Below, piece by piece: positions 38,047-51,976 of a stretch of DNA of 64,000 bases (positions are counted from its first letter, which is position 1; the number at the start of each line of letters is the position of its first letter). Position numbers and translations under genes: made by a program. This DNA is from Eledone cirrhosa (Eukaryota), in assembly GCA_964016885.1 (NCBI GenBank), contig OZ024741.1:92566001-92630000 (forward strand), in the 5' to 3' direction. The notes under the pieces were generated by a model. The model was not told the DNA's origin. It saw only the letters and a list, made by a program, of their open reading frames with translations, and ran no database searches.

Positions 38047-39206
38047 AGAAAAGCACGAACGGGGGATAATTTCCCTTCATCAGTTGTCTGCTGGAGATCA
38101 CAGACATTTCTACACATTAAAGATAATATGTCTAACTCCAGTTCATCAATAACCAAAGGAAGTTATTGGGGAAAAAAAGGAGAGAGAGAAAAAAATATAT
38201 AACAGAAGGGGAAAAAAAAGAAGAAAAAAGAAGAAAAAAAAAGGAAGAAAAAGGAGGAAAAAGGAAGAAAAAAACGGGAAAAAACAGAAAACAACATAGC
38301 GAAGAGGAAAACATGAAAGCACATGTATGTGAGCAACCGAAGAGAGAGATAGTCCTGGATATACTATGTTTTTAAAAAAAATCAAAACAAATGCTGGACA
38401 ATCACAGAATGTCTTTGATCAAAGGTAGGTTTTATATGAATTTACCTGGACCTAAACAACTTTGTGGTGAATTGGCAGATTTGATAGAGCATCCAATTAA
38501 ATGCCTCATTATTTATTCCAACTAATTACACTCTCAGTTCAAAATCCTACTGAGATCAACTTTGCTTTCTATCCTTTATGGGCCAATAATTCAAGTACCA
38601 GTTCATGAGTGGTGGATTGGCACATTTCTTAAAGAATCAAATAAGACCCTTTGTTTTGACTCTGTGCATTCTGAATTCAAATCCCACCTAATGTTACTGG
38701 AAAAGTAGTGACACTTCTTCCAGCAACAGAAAGACCAATGGAAACAGCTTCCTTGGTCTTTCTAACAATTGGCTTCTTTCTTTTTCGTTTTTTTTAAACA
38801 ACCATAGGCATAAACATGGCTGTGTGGTTAAGGAGTTCACTTTGCAATCATTTGGCTTTGGGTACACTCCCACTGCACGGCATCTTGTGTTAGCAACTAT
38901 TTTCTATTTCCTTAGGTTGACCAATGTCTTGTGAGTGAAATTTGGTAGATGGAAAATACAGAAGCCCATCGCATGTGTGTTTACATTTACGCATGTGTCT
39001 GTTTATGTCTTGTAACTTAGCAGTTTGACAAAAAGAGATTGATAAAATAAGTATCAGACTTGAAAAAAATAAGGTCAATATGATCTACTAAATCTCTTTA
39101 AGATGGTGCCCCAGCATGGCCAGTCTAATGACAGAAACAAATAAAAGAATAAAAGAAATACACAAGCCAAATCATTTGCTGAAAATACATAACATAAAAT
39201 TTGTAC

Positions 39207-39397
39207 CTGAACTGAATGACACGTCGAAAACTTGGTTTTATACGTGTATATCTTCTTGTGAGCATTGCCAGAGATTCATACAGAATATTAGTAAAAAGAC
39301 TTTGAGCTAAATTTGGAGGACAGATAGACCAAATGTCAGTACGGACACCAGTTAAATGTTGGTGCCACATCTGAATAGGGAAAGAACACCTTTCATT
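39207..39397 (-). CDS. KIAA0825: KIAA0825-like coding exon
   Basis: aaacag/gtacaa borders, phase 0 to 2; NERCSFPIQMWH..DIWSICPPNLAQ resembles human GERCSFSIQMWH..DLWTILPPKLAQ (from memory). Confidence 0.93.
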
Positions 39398-39939
39398 CTG
39401 TTTAAAAAAAAAAAAAGAAAAAGAAAACAGAAAATATTATTCAAATATGAAATATATATATATCAAAAGTATGTATTATAATACAAGAAACAGAATGTAG
39501 AGATTTTTAATTAAAAACACTTTAATAATAATGGTTTCTGATTTAGGCACAAGGCCAACAATTTTGGGAGAAGAGAAAGTCAATTAAATACTTTATTTTA
39601 TTGACGAAAGGAGGATAAAAGGCAAAGTTAACCTCAACAGGACTAGAACTCACAACATAAAAAGCCATAACTAAATACTGCAACGCATATCATCCAACAG
39701 TCTAGAGATTGCCAAATGCCAAATCTAGTAAAGGAGCATAGTAAAAATTCATGCATCTATCACAACTTTGAAAAAATTTGATTTTAAAATTATGAATTCA
39801 GTCATGATATATTTCATTCTTGGTTTCATTGGATACAGGCAGTTTAAGGTTTAATACTAAAAGGATAAAAAAAAAATACTTTGATTAAATTATCTATCAT
39901 AATTCTATTAAAATGAAATCTTATGATTTCTTCATCATC

Positions 39940-40160
39940 CAGGATAGAATTTCAAATGTGTTACCGTGAAAGAGACAGTCCAACATTCGAAGGTCATTCA
40001 TGTCAAGGACCATCTCCCTTCTAATTGAAGTATATAGGGAGGTAGATTGAGGACCCAGGATGTCAGCTGTTTCAACTAGCATGGGTTCAACAAGAAACCT
40101 ATCAGAAAGTGGCTAGTATTTTGTCAGAGCAACAAAGCCTGGGTCTGATGCTTTTCTCAA
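39940..40160 (-). mobile_element. Decayed CRE-like (RLE) non-LTR retroelement 3' fragment
   Basis: KY*PLSDRFLVEPMLVETADILGP...DLR...GNTFEIL, homologous to 43200-43750. Confidence 0.55.
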
Positions 40161-40884
40161 TTTATTGTTTTATGTTTTATAATTCAACAAAGTTAAATAG
40201 AAAGAGGCTCATATGTGTTAAACTCCAATTATTTCAAGAGACTCATATGTGTTAAACTCCAATTATTTCAAAATAATAGGCGATGTTTTTTATAAGAAAT
40301 ATGGTAATGAAAGAGTTAAAAAAGGGAAAGGACACATTATATAATATACTCCTAGATACACAATATTTAAAATCAATAGATGGGATTATCACAACTAGAA
40401 TGATTTTGACCAGAGGTCTGTTGTATCAGGATGTGACAATAGCTAAACAACAATAAAAACATGTATGAATGCATGAGAGATTGTAAAGTGATTGGTGATA
40501 GGAATGGCATCCTACTCTAGAAATCATACTAAAAAGGATAAAGAGGACTGTTCATTTGTGTCAAGGGTATGACAACCTCCCTTGTGTTGGTCGTCTACAC
40601 AATAAATGCACCCAGTACACTCCATAAAGTGGTTTGTGATAGGAAGGGCATCCAGCCATGGAAAACTTGCCAAACAAAGGGTTGGGAGGGCTCTTCAGCT
40701 GTATCAAACACATAACAGCCTTCCTAGTATTGGTGCCATGATAAAATGTACTATGTAGAGTGTGGTAACATATGTAAGCAAGATTCGGACCTCTGGTCTA
40801 TCTGAACACTCAGATGAGTGTGGGAAACGTAATACTCAGTCTGTGATGACTCAACCAACCCTTGCTAACAGGGAAAATGGGCAT

Positions 40885-40946
40885 ATAATGATGATGATGG
40901 CAGTGGTAGTAGTGGTGGTGGTGGTGGTGGTGGTGGTGGTGCTGCT

Positions 40947-40977
<31 letters not shown>

Positions 40978-40981
40978 ATGA

Positions 40982-41017
<36 letters not shown>
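40885..41017. repeat. Compound microsatellite (gat)(gtg)(ctg)(atg)(ta) grown from an RTE-type tail
   Basis: Seen directly; it follows aacccttgctaacagggaaaatggg. Confidence 0.85.
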
Positions 41018-41020
<3 letters not shown>

Positions 41021-41527
41021 TTGGGAGAGAGTATTTTCAAGTGTTTTCTATCAGGTTTCTGGCTGGGTAACTGTGCACAGCAACGTACCATATTTTTGTA
41101 GTTATTTTTTTAGGTTTATTTTTTCCTTTTTTTATCATCTGGTAAATCTTAAGAATCCTTCTTCATAAATTATCCTTGCAACACCTGCTGACTGATAAAC
41201 AAAAAAATTCACCATGCAAATAAGGAATGGAATATAAGTACAACACTGATTTTCCAGGAATGAAGGAACACCATTTGCATAGTTAAGGAAGTAAATGTGT
41301 TATACATAATAAAACGGTATGTCATAAATAAGGAAATAAATATATCATATATAATGAGTGAAATACATCATAAATAACAAAGATGTCATAGATAGCAAAG
41401 ACGATATAAATAATGGCGATGGTCATGAATAAAGAAGATGCGTTACAAATAGTCATATGTTGTAAATAGGGAAGGACATATACGTTAAACAATAGAAAAG
41501 ATGTGTCATAAATAAAGAATAAGATAC

Positions 41528-41678
41528 CTCATAAAACTCCTTCTCCTCTGCCCAATGATAACTCTCAGCATCATAGAGAATGTTAGATAAGAGAATAGTG
41601 TGTACATGGGTGATCTTCTCAAGCAAGATATCGACAACTTCGGCAAACTGTTCATGTCGGGTACCAAATGGTTTCTTC
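41528..41678 (-). CDS. KIAA0825: KIAA0825-like coding exon
   Basis: tatcag/gtatct borders, phase 2 to 0; KKPF...ILYDAESYHWAEEKEFYE resembles human ILQDAESHHWDDYKAFYE (from memory). Confidence 0.93.
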
Positions 41679-42896
41679 CTGATAATCAGAACAAAATAAC
41701 AGAAATATTAATAAAAAAAACTCTTCTATGATCATCATCATCATTATCCTTTTACACCTGTCTTTGATGCAGGCATTGGTTGGATGGGTCATCACAGTTT
41801 AAAACTAGATGAGTCAGAGAACCAAACCTTGTTCATGTGTTTCATATTTTCTATGGCTGAATGCCCTTCTTAATACCAGCTGCTTTACAAAGTGCACTAA
41901 GTCCATTTTATCATGGCACCAGCACTACTTTACAGAGTGAATAGGATGCATTTTATTATGGCATCGGTACTAAAGATGTTGTCATATCCACAGCAAGATT
42001 GATAAGTTCTTTCTACTCTATATTATTAGAACATTAGATAGAGTGCTTTGCGGTATTCATTCCAGCTCTCTGAGTTCAAATCCCGCCATGGTCAACTCTG
42101 CCTTTCATCCTTTCAAGGTTGATAAAAAAAGTACTGGACTCAATTCTTCCTCCATATCTCTTTCTATCCTTCACTGAAAGAAATCTTCTGTATTCAAACC
42201 TGGAGAAGAATGGGCTCCACCAGGCTTAAAATACCAGGAAATGCTGTATGCCACTATGGCACCCCTACAACTCCATCAGGAGATACAAGACAATACCATA
42301 CCACCAACCACTTTACAAAGTGTACTGGATACATTTTATTGTAGCATTGCACTAGAGAGGTTGTCAAGTTCTCAACAGAACCAAAAGGTTCTCTCTACTC
42401 TGTGATGTCTGTTAAAATTGAGAATATTAGAGATCAGGAAGAGAGGTAGTGGCAATATTACTTGTCGATCCTCCTCGGCTGATGTGGTTGGATAATATTT
42501 AGTTTGAACTTTTGTAGATCAAAACTTCAGTGGAAATTGTTGGTAAGGAATTTCCCTTTACAGGAGGAAGGATTGGAGAAGTTATTAAACCCCTTGCATA
42601 CCAAACTACCAGAAAGTATCTCCTGGTTCTAAAATATAAAGCTATTTATTTTAAAATGTTTATATCTATCAAAATCTTCTATCATGATTCTATGAAAGAA
42701 CCTTTAAATTATGTTCCAAGCATCAGTTAGTTATTACAAAATCCCCACCAAAATCTTGATTCTTTTCAAAATTATTTGAAAATAATAGGCAGTGCATTTC
42801 ATTTAAAATATAGTATTGAAAGGGTTAAATCAACTGTATAGAGGAAGGACAGTCAAATGTTGAGAAGTGGTAAAATGTAAGTACCAGACAATTTGG

Positions 42897-43911
42897 GGTG
42901 AGATGGTTAGTTTTATAGAGTAGAGGCTGTTGTAGTAGAAGTAGAAAAGATATAGTGAGGAGACAAGATAGTCTAGAAAAAGGATGGTGATCCATTTTGA
43001 TAGCATGTGCCTATTATAATCTTCTGAAAAAATTCACACATAGGCCAATTAGAATACCTGAGCAGCATATTAATATTTCTATTGTCCAAATAGATTTATT
43101 GTAAAAAATTCAAGTGTCTCTTGTGGTTATGAACACAGAAAAGGAAGAGAAAGGCAAGGGCTCTAGGGTCACAATAATGGGGAAGGGGAGGATGATGGGC
43201 TCTAGGCCTAAAGCGTGGCAGTATTGGGGATGTGCCCTGCGGACAAGACCGCAAAAGCATTCCCGCAGACAATGGCCAGCGACACCTGCTGCAACAGCCA
43301 CCCTACCTCGCAGAGCTCACTCATCAGACGGGCTGCTGATGTTCCAATCTTGCGGAGGAACGGCAGTATGGGGTCCAAGTACCCCTGAGTTCTCAACAGC
43401 AACTAGTGCGGAGAGGATGCGGCCAGACAATCCCCAGTATTTGTTTATCTTCCTTTCCTCTACATTGTGGGCTGCAGTACTGGGGGTTTGTGGCCGAAGT
43501 GATTGAGTTGCAGGCGGAGAACATGTCACAATATGTGACATCCCAGATGAGGGATCTACCTGCTTTGAATGAGAAGGTAATTCCATCGAGGTACTTGCCG
43601 TCTCCGCAGTGGAGACCTGCTGGCTCCAATTGTGATGGGAAGCCAGCTGTGTGCAGACCCCTTCTCAATATATTGTTGAAAGTGGCATGTCAGGGAAACT
43701 GGCGAGTACTGTGGTGGCAAGACGGTGGGTGCAAGTCAAACTTGTCAACGACTGCTGCTCAGGTATTCTAATTGGCCTATGTGTGAATTTTTTCAGAAGA
43801 TTATTATGGGCACATGCTATCAAAATGGATCCTTTTTCTAGACTATCTTGTCTCCTCACTATATCTTTTCTACTTCAACAGCCTCTACTCTATTAAACTA
43901 ACCATCCCACC
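42897..43911. repeat. Inverted repeat arms (42897-43067 and 43753-43911) enclosing a CRE-like fragment
   Basis: Arms of about 160-170 bp are reverse complements with few indels. Confidence 0.88.
43085..43752 (-). mobile_element. CRE-like non-LTR retroelement 3' fragment (restriction-like endonuclease domain)
   Basis: RRGLHTAGFPSQLEPAGL..DGK..DG.T...GRSLIWDVT..D, E.RK..KY, VE.SGVLGP, SLAIVCGNA; AATAAA at 43096-43101. Confidence 0.7.
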
Positions 43912-44195
43912 TGACATTTTTATTATACCTGTACTTTACAAAATGCTTAAAAGAATTATTAACCCTTTTGATACCAACCCACCTAAAACTGCCCAGGTTC
44001 TTTGATAGTAAGCTGTTTATTTTAAAGTGCTCTTATTTATCTAAACCTTCCATCATAATTTTATGTAAGAACCTTTAAGTTTATGTTCCAAACATAGGCT
44101 AAATAAAGTGAATGATTTATATTTTTAAATCCCATCAAATTCTTGATAATTTTCAAAACTATTTGAAAATTATAGGCAATGTCTTTTATTAGAAA

Positions 44196-44802
44196 CTAAA
44201 AATGTACCCGCCGTTGCACGGGATAAGATATTTGGGAACACGGGCCGCCAACAGACCTAATCGTGGAAAAACTGCATGCCTGGACAATATGTAAAGAAAA
44301 TAAACCGAATACTCTGATGGCTGGATAATCTTTAAGATTTTCCTCGATGAAGCAGGAAAAATGCAAGTTTTCACCTAATGCGGGCCCTAGGGAATCAAGA
44401 AAATTAATTTTTTTTTATGTGCATAATATGCCTTGAAATTTCGGGAAAATCGGCTAGACGTAACGCCTCAAAAAAGCCCTAAAAAGCTGAAAAAAATGAA
44501 GTTTTTCACCTAATGTGGGCCCTAAGCCATAAAAAAAAGTTGGATTTTCTTTGCTTACGGTATGAAGAAGAGACTGACTAATACATAGTTACAATTTCAA
44601 GGATATCGGTCTGACGTAACGCCTCAAAAAAATCCTAAAAAGCTGAAAAAAATGCAGTTTTTCACCTAATGCGGGTGCATAACACTCCCTGAAACATAAG
44701 TAATACACATGTAAAGTTTGAAAAAAATCGGTTGGGTACTTCTCAAGTTTTAGGGATTCTCACACACACACACACAGACATCCTCAGTTTTATATATAGA
44801 GA
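44196..44802 (-). mobile_element. Non-autonomous Helitron inserted in a TTAA MITE
   Basis: 5' TC(TCTATATATAAAA), (GT)n, internal subrepeats, 3' hairpin cccgtgcaacggcggg then TTAG. Inserted between A and T with no TSD. Confidence 0.7.
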
Positions 44803-45211
44803 TTAGGGAATGAAAGAATTAGAAAAGTCTGTTTAGAGTTTTTGATGACACAGTTTAGAGCTTTTGAATATCACAGGCAATACCTGTGAACTCAAAGATC
44901 AAAGTAATACATGTATTGCCACTTTAATGAGACAGTTACTAATAGACATCTATATTTCCTTTTGTTTTAAAGCAATGTATCACTGAGCCTATACAGGTAA
45001 CAGCTGAGAAATGTAATGCAAGTAAGTGTGAATATGCTGATATATGCTGGTATAAGTGAATATATTCATGTGTGAATGAGTGAGCATGTGTGTGGGTGTA
45101 TGTGACATTTTCCTTCCAAAATATTACAGAATCCATTTCAAGCAAGAAATAATAACAGAAATATATTTAAAAACTTTAAAAATAAAATGAAGTAGAAATC
45201 AGAAAATGTAC

Positions 45212-45330
45212 CCTTCTTCTTCTCCTAGCACCTCATTAAAAATGTTAAGATGATCTCGTACATAAACAGTACTTGATAGGGTCACCAACAAAAATTTGGC
45301 TGCAGCTTTTTTTGGTATATCTTGACTGAT
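45212..45330 (-). CDS. KIAA0825: KIAA0825-like coding exon
   Basis: ttgtag/gtacat borders, phase 0 to 2; ISQDIPKKA..LSSTVYVRDHL resembles human EVPSKAP..LSTAVYVFQHF (from memory). Confidence 0.88.
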
Positions 45331-46671
45331 CTACAAAGAAAAGAGGAGAAATGATTGACTAAAATACTTTCATCATTATCATCAACATCCCCACTACCAC
45401 CATGATCATCAACATCTGCACCTCTGCCACCATCACCACAACTACCAAGATCATCATCATCACCACCTCTGCCACCATCACCACAACTACCAAGATCATC
45501 ATCATCACCATCCTTGTGTTTATATCTACTTTTCCATGCTGCATCCAAGTGAAGGCATATGGTCTTGTGGTTACAGCATTGGGCTCACTCTCATAAGGCT
45601 GTGAGCTCAATTTCTAGACAGAGTAACATGTTATGCCCCTGTGTAAAGCACTTCACTTCACATTCCAGTCCACTCAGTTGAAAACTGAGTGCCAGTAATA
45701 TCTGGGGGTGAACCTTACAGCAGACTGACAGCTCACTCAGGTGGTAGTTTTGTACTTTCAGGTGCTTAACACCACATGAAGATGAGATAAGCTCCAGCCT
45801 GATAGGCTTTTAGGATCAAAAGGGACTTTTTAAAACTTTTCTATGCCAGTATGGGTTGGACAAGACATTTTGAAGCAGTGTTTTACAGCCAGATATCCTT
45901 CCTGGTGCTGACCCTTACTTGTTTTTTAAGTAAGATACTTATTCAACTGAACCACTGAGCTGCAGACATAGACAAATGTCACCAGTTACTCGAGTATCAT
46001 ACAGCCCTTATTCCATAAGCTAAGGAATTACATTAGAAATATGAACAAGTGAGTTCTTCATTAGGAAAAAGCACAACTCAAAACATTAGCCTTTGTTTCA
46101 TTTTATGGCACACCAACATAAATCCCTTTTGTTCTTATCTTTAATCCTATACACTCCAACACAGACCATCACTATCTAAACCAATTTGAGTGACTATTCT
46201 TATATGCTAGATAGTATGAATGGAATATGAAAACCTTCAACAAAGAAAAAAAAAAGGGAAAGGAAACAATCATCAAATCAGACCAAAGAAACAATATTTC
46301 CAAGGTATTTTCCATTGTTGATACTATCTACTGGTCACAACTCTTAGTAGAAGGAAGCAGGATTTGAACTCAGAGTGTGTATAGAGCAGGATCAGGTATC
46401 ACAAAGCATCTCATTCTGCCATTCCACCATCCTTGGATTGGTACCTTATTTATTAACCCTGAAAGGATGAAAGGCGTAGTGGACCTTTGAACTGACTTTG
46501 CCAATTCACCACCTACACAAACAATTATCTAAAATAATGATTTTCGACATTTTCACTACCATGGATCCCTTTTACTTAAATGAATTTTCCCACAACTCTT
46601 CCTGGATTGTTATAGGGTGAGAATCGGCATCATCGTTCAACTACTATAACGGGCAGCCATAATCCTCTTAT

Positions 46672-46820
46672 GGAGGCACATGGCTTAGTGGTAGAGAGCA
46701 TTGGCCTTGCAATCGAAAGGTTGTGAGTTCAATTCTCAGACCGGGTGATGTGTTGTTTCCTTGAGCAAGACACTTTATTTCACATTGCTCCAGTTTACTC
46801 AGCTATAGAAATGAGATGAT
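46672..46820 (+). mobile_element. tRNA-derived SINE, second family (other copies near 9140, 45555, 49270)
   Basis: A-box tggcttagtgg, B-box gagttcaattc, core ccttgagcaagacacttt. Confidence 0.65.
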
Positions 46821-47558
46821 AGGGACTGGGGTCCATATCATTCCACTGCAAAGTGGTCGTGGAGGTGCCACGACAAAAAAGCACCCAGCACTCACTGTAA
46901 ATGAGGTTGGTGTTAGGAAGGGCATCCAGCTGTAGAAATCAAGCCAGAATCAGTTCCCGTCCCACCCTTGCAGGCAGGGAAAAGGTGGACGTAAAATGAA
47001 ATGATGATGATGAAATGATGATCCATTACAGCTATTATAATCAGTTGTAGTACCATGGTCAGTTGATTAGCTTTGACCATCAGTGAGATTTGAATCCCCA
47101 AGCAGAGGTTAAACTCAGAACGTAAAGTGCCAGAATATATACAGCAAGGCATCTCATCAACAGACTAACAATTCTACCAATCCACTGCCATGCATTGGTA
47201 CTTTATTTTATTCACTTATGGATGAAATGTAAAGTTTACTTTGACAGGATTTGAACTCTGAGCACAGAGAGCTGGAATAAATAGCATAAGATATTTTATC
47301 TGCTGCTCTGAAAAATGTTCTAATTGACTAAAGAGAATAATAATCAAAAGAGGGAAATGTTTATGCTTACAGAGGAATGGATATCCAATTAAATGTGTTT
47401 ATTATGTTTTTGAAATAAAGTATTTGAAATTTTCAACTTAGCACATGGGCCCCTAGTACTATGATGAACCCTTAAAGGTCTGTGGACCCCAGGCTGGGAA
47501 CTGCTGATCTAAAGCATCCTACAATATAGAAGAGAAGAATCAAAAGTTCATAACTCAC

Positions 47559-47702
47559 TGCAAGATAATGGCCATGTATATTGCTAAAGAGTTGGTTGGC
47601 AGAATGGACAAATGCTGATTTAACTGGATGCAATATTCCACCATTACCAGCTTTAGCAAATGGCAACAACATGTACAAATCTTCGATCACTTCATAAACA
47701 CA
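47559..47702 (-). CDS. KIAA0825: KIAA0825-like coding exon
   Basis: ttccag/gtgagt borders, phase 0 to 0; CVYEVIEDLYMLLPFAKA resembles human CSDIMEKLDTMLPLALA (from memory). Confidence 0.87.
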
Positions 47703-47843
47703 CTGGAAATAGAAAAAAGGAAGAAATAAAAAATGATAATGGCAAAAGAACATAGATAAATATTGTTATATTTTGGGAGGGTCATTGTTACCAATAAAAA
47801 TACAGGCACCAATCACTTTAGTTTTATTATTAGTTACTAATAA

Positions 47844-48030
47844 TTGTTTCTACTATTGGCACAAGACCAGCAATTACCCAGTACATTACTGGTACTTTAT
47901 TTTATCGACCCCGTAAGGATGAAAGGCAAAGTTAACCTCGGCGGGATTTGAACTCAGAATGGCAAGGGCCGTAACTCTATGCGTCAAAGCATGGCGTCCG
48001 ACCCTCTACCGATACTGCCAATTCACTGCA
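47844..48030 (-). mobile_element. Full-length tRNA-derived SINE with 19-bp TSD
   Basis: attattagttactaataa on both sides; same family as 15585-15773. Confidence 0.75.
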
Positions 48031-48234
48031 ATTATTAGTTACTAATAATAAACTGAAATAAAACTCAATTGGTGTGTGTGTTTTTATCAGCAACTAATGT
48101 ATAACAATATTTTCCTCACATGATTTCACATCAAGAATCTTACAAAAATTCAAAACCGAACATAAAAAAGTAAGGGTGAATAATTTAAGGGTTTTGCATT
48201 ATATTGAGAAGATCAAAATAGTTTGAAACAGATT

Positions 48235-48266
<32 letters not shown>

Positions 48267-50195
48267 GGGGTATAATTGTTTATAACTGTTTATAGTTGTT
48301 TATAACAGTTATGATATCTAACTCCACCATTCACACCCAGAAATATGGAGATAACATAGTTATATCAGTGTTTCTTAACACTTTTTGTCCCACACCTCAG
48401 TTCACTGTTTTAAGAAAAACGTATGCCCCACCATTATCAGACAAGTTCGTATATGCCACAGTACAAGGGTCTGCTGAAAAGTTCATAGGCTGACTATGAA
48501 GGAGTGATGCTAGAGCAGTGAAATTTTGCATGCATTAATTTCAACTTTTATAAATAATTGCATTGTTTCTTTCCAGAGACTATATTGAAAAATAAACCTC
48601 ATTTGATCATTCCATGAGAGTATCTTGGTCAGCCTATGACCTTTTCAGCCAACCTTTATATATAGTGTAGTATACACACCCCATTCTGAAGTATCATGTC
48701 TCACCTTAAGAAAGACTGGATTATATGGAGTCATATCACAATAAATGGGAAATCAAAATAACCAAATGCTTAAGTTGAGAACTTATTATTTAAGAAACTT
48801 GTATATCAACCCTTTCAATTCCAAACTGCCTGAAACTGCCCCTGCTTCTATGCTTATTTTAAAGTGTTTATATTTATCTAAAACCATTTCATCATAATCT
48901 TACATAAGAACTTTTGTTAAATTATGTTCCAAACTCAAGCTTAATAATTAGAAAGTTGATTACATTAGTAAATCCCTTCAAATTCTTGATTATTTTTTAA
49001 ATGATTTGTAAATTATAAGCAGTGTGTTTCATTAGAAATATGGTAATGCAAAGGTTAAAGAAGCTATCCTAATCAAACACACTGACCCACATATAAAAAA
49101 CTGTAAAGACGTTCTAAACCACTAAAGGTTAATTGCTTGGTTTGAATGTCATATTCTATCCAGTTTTTAATGATGTAATTGCTTCAACAGTCTCAGATCA
49201 AATCACATGACAAACAAGAATGACTCCAAATTTTTTTCCTTAAAATATTTTTAATTATTTTGTAAGGAGGTTTTGGCTTAGTGGTTAGAGTGTTGGGATC
49301 ACAATTATAAGGTCATGACATCAATTCCCAAACCTAGATGATGCATTTCATTTTACATTGTTCCAGTTTATACAGCTGTAGATGTATACTGGCAGTAGCT
49401 AGAGCTTAACCCTACAACAGACTGGTACCCCATCCAGAGAATACTCTTGTACTTTTAGTCAATTAACACCCATAAAACCAGGATAAGCTCTTTGCTTTGT
49501 CCAGGCCATGCATGCCTAGAAAAATGGACATAAAACACTCTCTCTATTTTTATCTTCTATTAGCATAATTGTGACTTGATTACTATTCTTTGTTTGACAA
49601 TTTTATTATAAACATAGCAACCTCCCTAGGGTTAATGATTTACACAATAAAAATGTATCCAGTACACTCTATCACATGGTTGATAATAGGAAAGTCATGA
49701 AGCTATAAACAATCAGCCAAACAAAGGATCAGGAAGACTCTTCAGCTATACCAAAGACATGACAACTTCCCTAGTGTTGGTATCATGATAAAATGCACAC
49801 AGTGGAGTATGGAATCATATTCAAGGCCCCACCAGCCCACCTGGAGGTCAGAGGCTCTTTTTGAGTACTGGCCAGTCTGTGACGACATGTCCAAGCCTCG
49901 CTAGCAGGGAAAACAGACATTAAACAATGATGATGATTGATAATTGTGTTGTGACCATTGACCAAGTTCACAGTTGAATGGTTAGCAATAAGATAAAAAT
50001 ATTATCATCATTTTTAATGTCCATTTTTCTATGCTAAGATGGGTTGGTATAGCACTTTTCCACTCGTTTCTATCCTTTGTCATCTCCTTTGTGAAGTTCA
50101 ATTTCTTAAGATCAGTTTTTCCTACTTCTGCCTATATTTTCCAATTGCTCCAACAAATATGTTCTTTTACCCCATACATGAAAAATGGATCCAAC

Positions 50196-50877
50196 CCTTT
50201 CATTACCATATTTCTCAAGAAAAGGCACAGCCAATAATAATTTTCAACGAATTTTTTAAATAACCAAGAATTTGGAAGGATTTAGTAATGTAGTTAACTT
50301 TCTTTCTTAAACTGGTGTAGGGCAGTTGATTGGCAGTATTGGTAGAGTGTTGGACAAAATGCTTTGCAGTATTTAGTGATGACTTTATGTTCGGAATTCA
50401 AATCGCACTGAGGTTAACTTTACCTTTCATCCTTATGGGGTCGATAAAATAAAGTACCAGTAATGCACTGGGGTTGATTTAATTCAATTACCCGTCCCCC
50501 CCAAATTGTTGCCGTTTTGTCTACATCAGAAACCATTATTGAGGGCGGTGGATTGGCAGTATCGGTATAAGGTCGGACGCCATGCTTTGAAGCATAGAGT
50601 TACCTCCATTTATGATCTGAGTTCAAATCCAGCCTAGATTAACTTTGCCTTTCATCCTTACAGGGTCGATAAAATAAAGTACCAGTAATACACTGGGATA
50701 ATTGCTGGCCTTGTGCCAAAAGTAGAAACAATTATTAAACTGGTGTATTGAACATAATTTAAAAAAGGTTTTTACATAAAATTATGATAAGTGTTTTTAG
50801 ATAAATATTAAACATCTAAAAATAAACAGCTTTGAAATGAGGGGCAATTTCAGGCAGGTTAGTATCAAAAGGGTTAA
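50196..50877. mobile_element. TTAA MITE containing two tandem SINE copies (about 50320-50735)
   Basis: ccctttc...aaaagggttaa termini; two head-to-tail SINEs with B-box and core. Confidence 0.6.
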
Positions 50878-51011
50878 AAGGACTAAAAATAATTGTGTGA
50901 GACAAATGTTTTCTTCATTTTTCAAAGTACCATAAAACATGAGAAGGGGGGGGGCAAATATCAATGAAAAGTTACAGGTGCATTATAAAAATGACATAAA
51001 ATTCTACATAC

Positions 51012-51244
51012 CTTAGATACAACCCTAGGATAATGGTCAATACATCCAGCCAAGACATCATGAGGTAGTTGGACAACTTCCAGTGAGTAAGCGATCTCCC
51101 AGTCCTTCTGTTCTTTCTCTAGGCTAGAACTGGCATTGGACCACACGACTTGTTCAACACATTGCACTAAATCAGGACTAATCAGTTTAAAAACTAGCTT
51201 CCATTCCCAGACAGGCTTCTCTTCCAGTTTAGATTTCTCAACAA
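51012..51244 (-). CDS. KIAA0825: KIAA0825-like coding exon
   Basis: tttcag/gtatgt borders, phase 1 to 0; WEWKLVFKLISPDLVQCV resembles human FGWRSAFKEVSLPMAHCV (from memory). Confidence 0.87.
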
Positions 51245-51976
51245 CTGAAATATATCATCCATTAAGTACTTCAAATATATATATAGATTTATATAGTGGA
51301 GGAGGAGGAGAAGGGTGAGGAGAAAGAAGAAAATGATGGTGGGGGTCTACACACTTGTTTGAACAACAATCCTTGGCTATGCTATGCAGACAAGATGGCA
51401 AGAGTGAGTTAGACCAAGATTCTGTCTGGGCCAAGGCAACAAAGTCCTTTTTCAACACTTCGCTATCCATCATTGTTATCACCCAGTCACTTTCATCTAT
51501 CCTCAACACATGACCCAACCATCTCACTCCAATTCTCTTCATTACATTCATCACTGGCTTTATTCACATCACTCTTTGCAATTTATTGCTTACCTTCCTC
51601 TCTCTCAGGAATACTCCACTTATCCACTGGACCATTCTCATTTCCATTTTCTCCAGCCTTTTCATTTGCTCCCTGTTCACCTCCCATAGATTTCACTCAT
51701 TTAAATCATAGCATTATTCACACATGCAGCACACAACTTTCTTTTCAGTTTCAGTGATACTCTCTTCCTCATTAGTACACCACTTAGTTCCCAAACCTTC
51801 TTCCATACACATCTTACTCTACATACATAATGTGCTCCACCTTCTACATTCAACATGTCTCCAAGGTAAATGTTTCCACACTATGTTTTAAAAGTGAAGA
51901 AGTAAAACACAAACTATGAAAATCATTCAAAGTCATTAAAACCAAATATGACAATTTAAAAGCAATAATTTCTTAC

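Noticed and set aside
38060-38150. Hammerhead-like traces here and near 37170, 52370-52415, 52880-52915, 62280-62350 and 62640-62665
   Set aside because: Core nucleotides are mutated or missing. These are probably decayed Penelope-type ends but cannot be supported as ribozymes.
40203-40270. 34-bp tandem duplication, and a 42-bp duplication near 45420-45505
   Set aside because: Ordinary local slippage within old repeats.
46672-46745. tRNA gene
   Set aside because: A and B boxes are present, but there is no proper cloverleaf and it continues into a SINE core.
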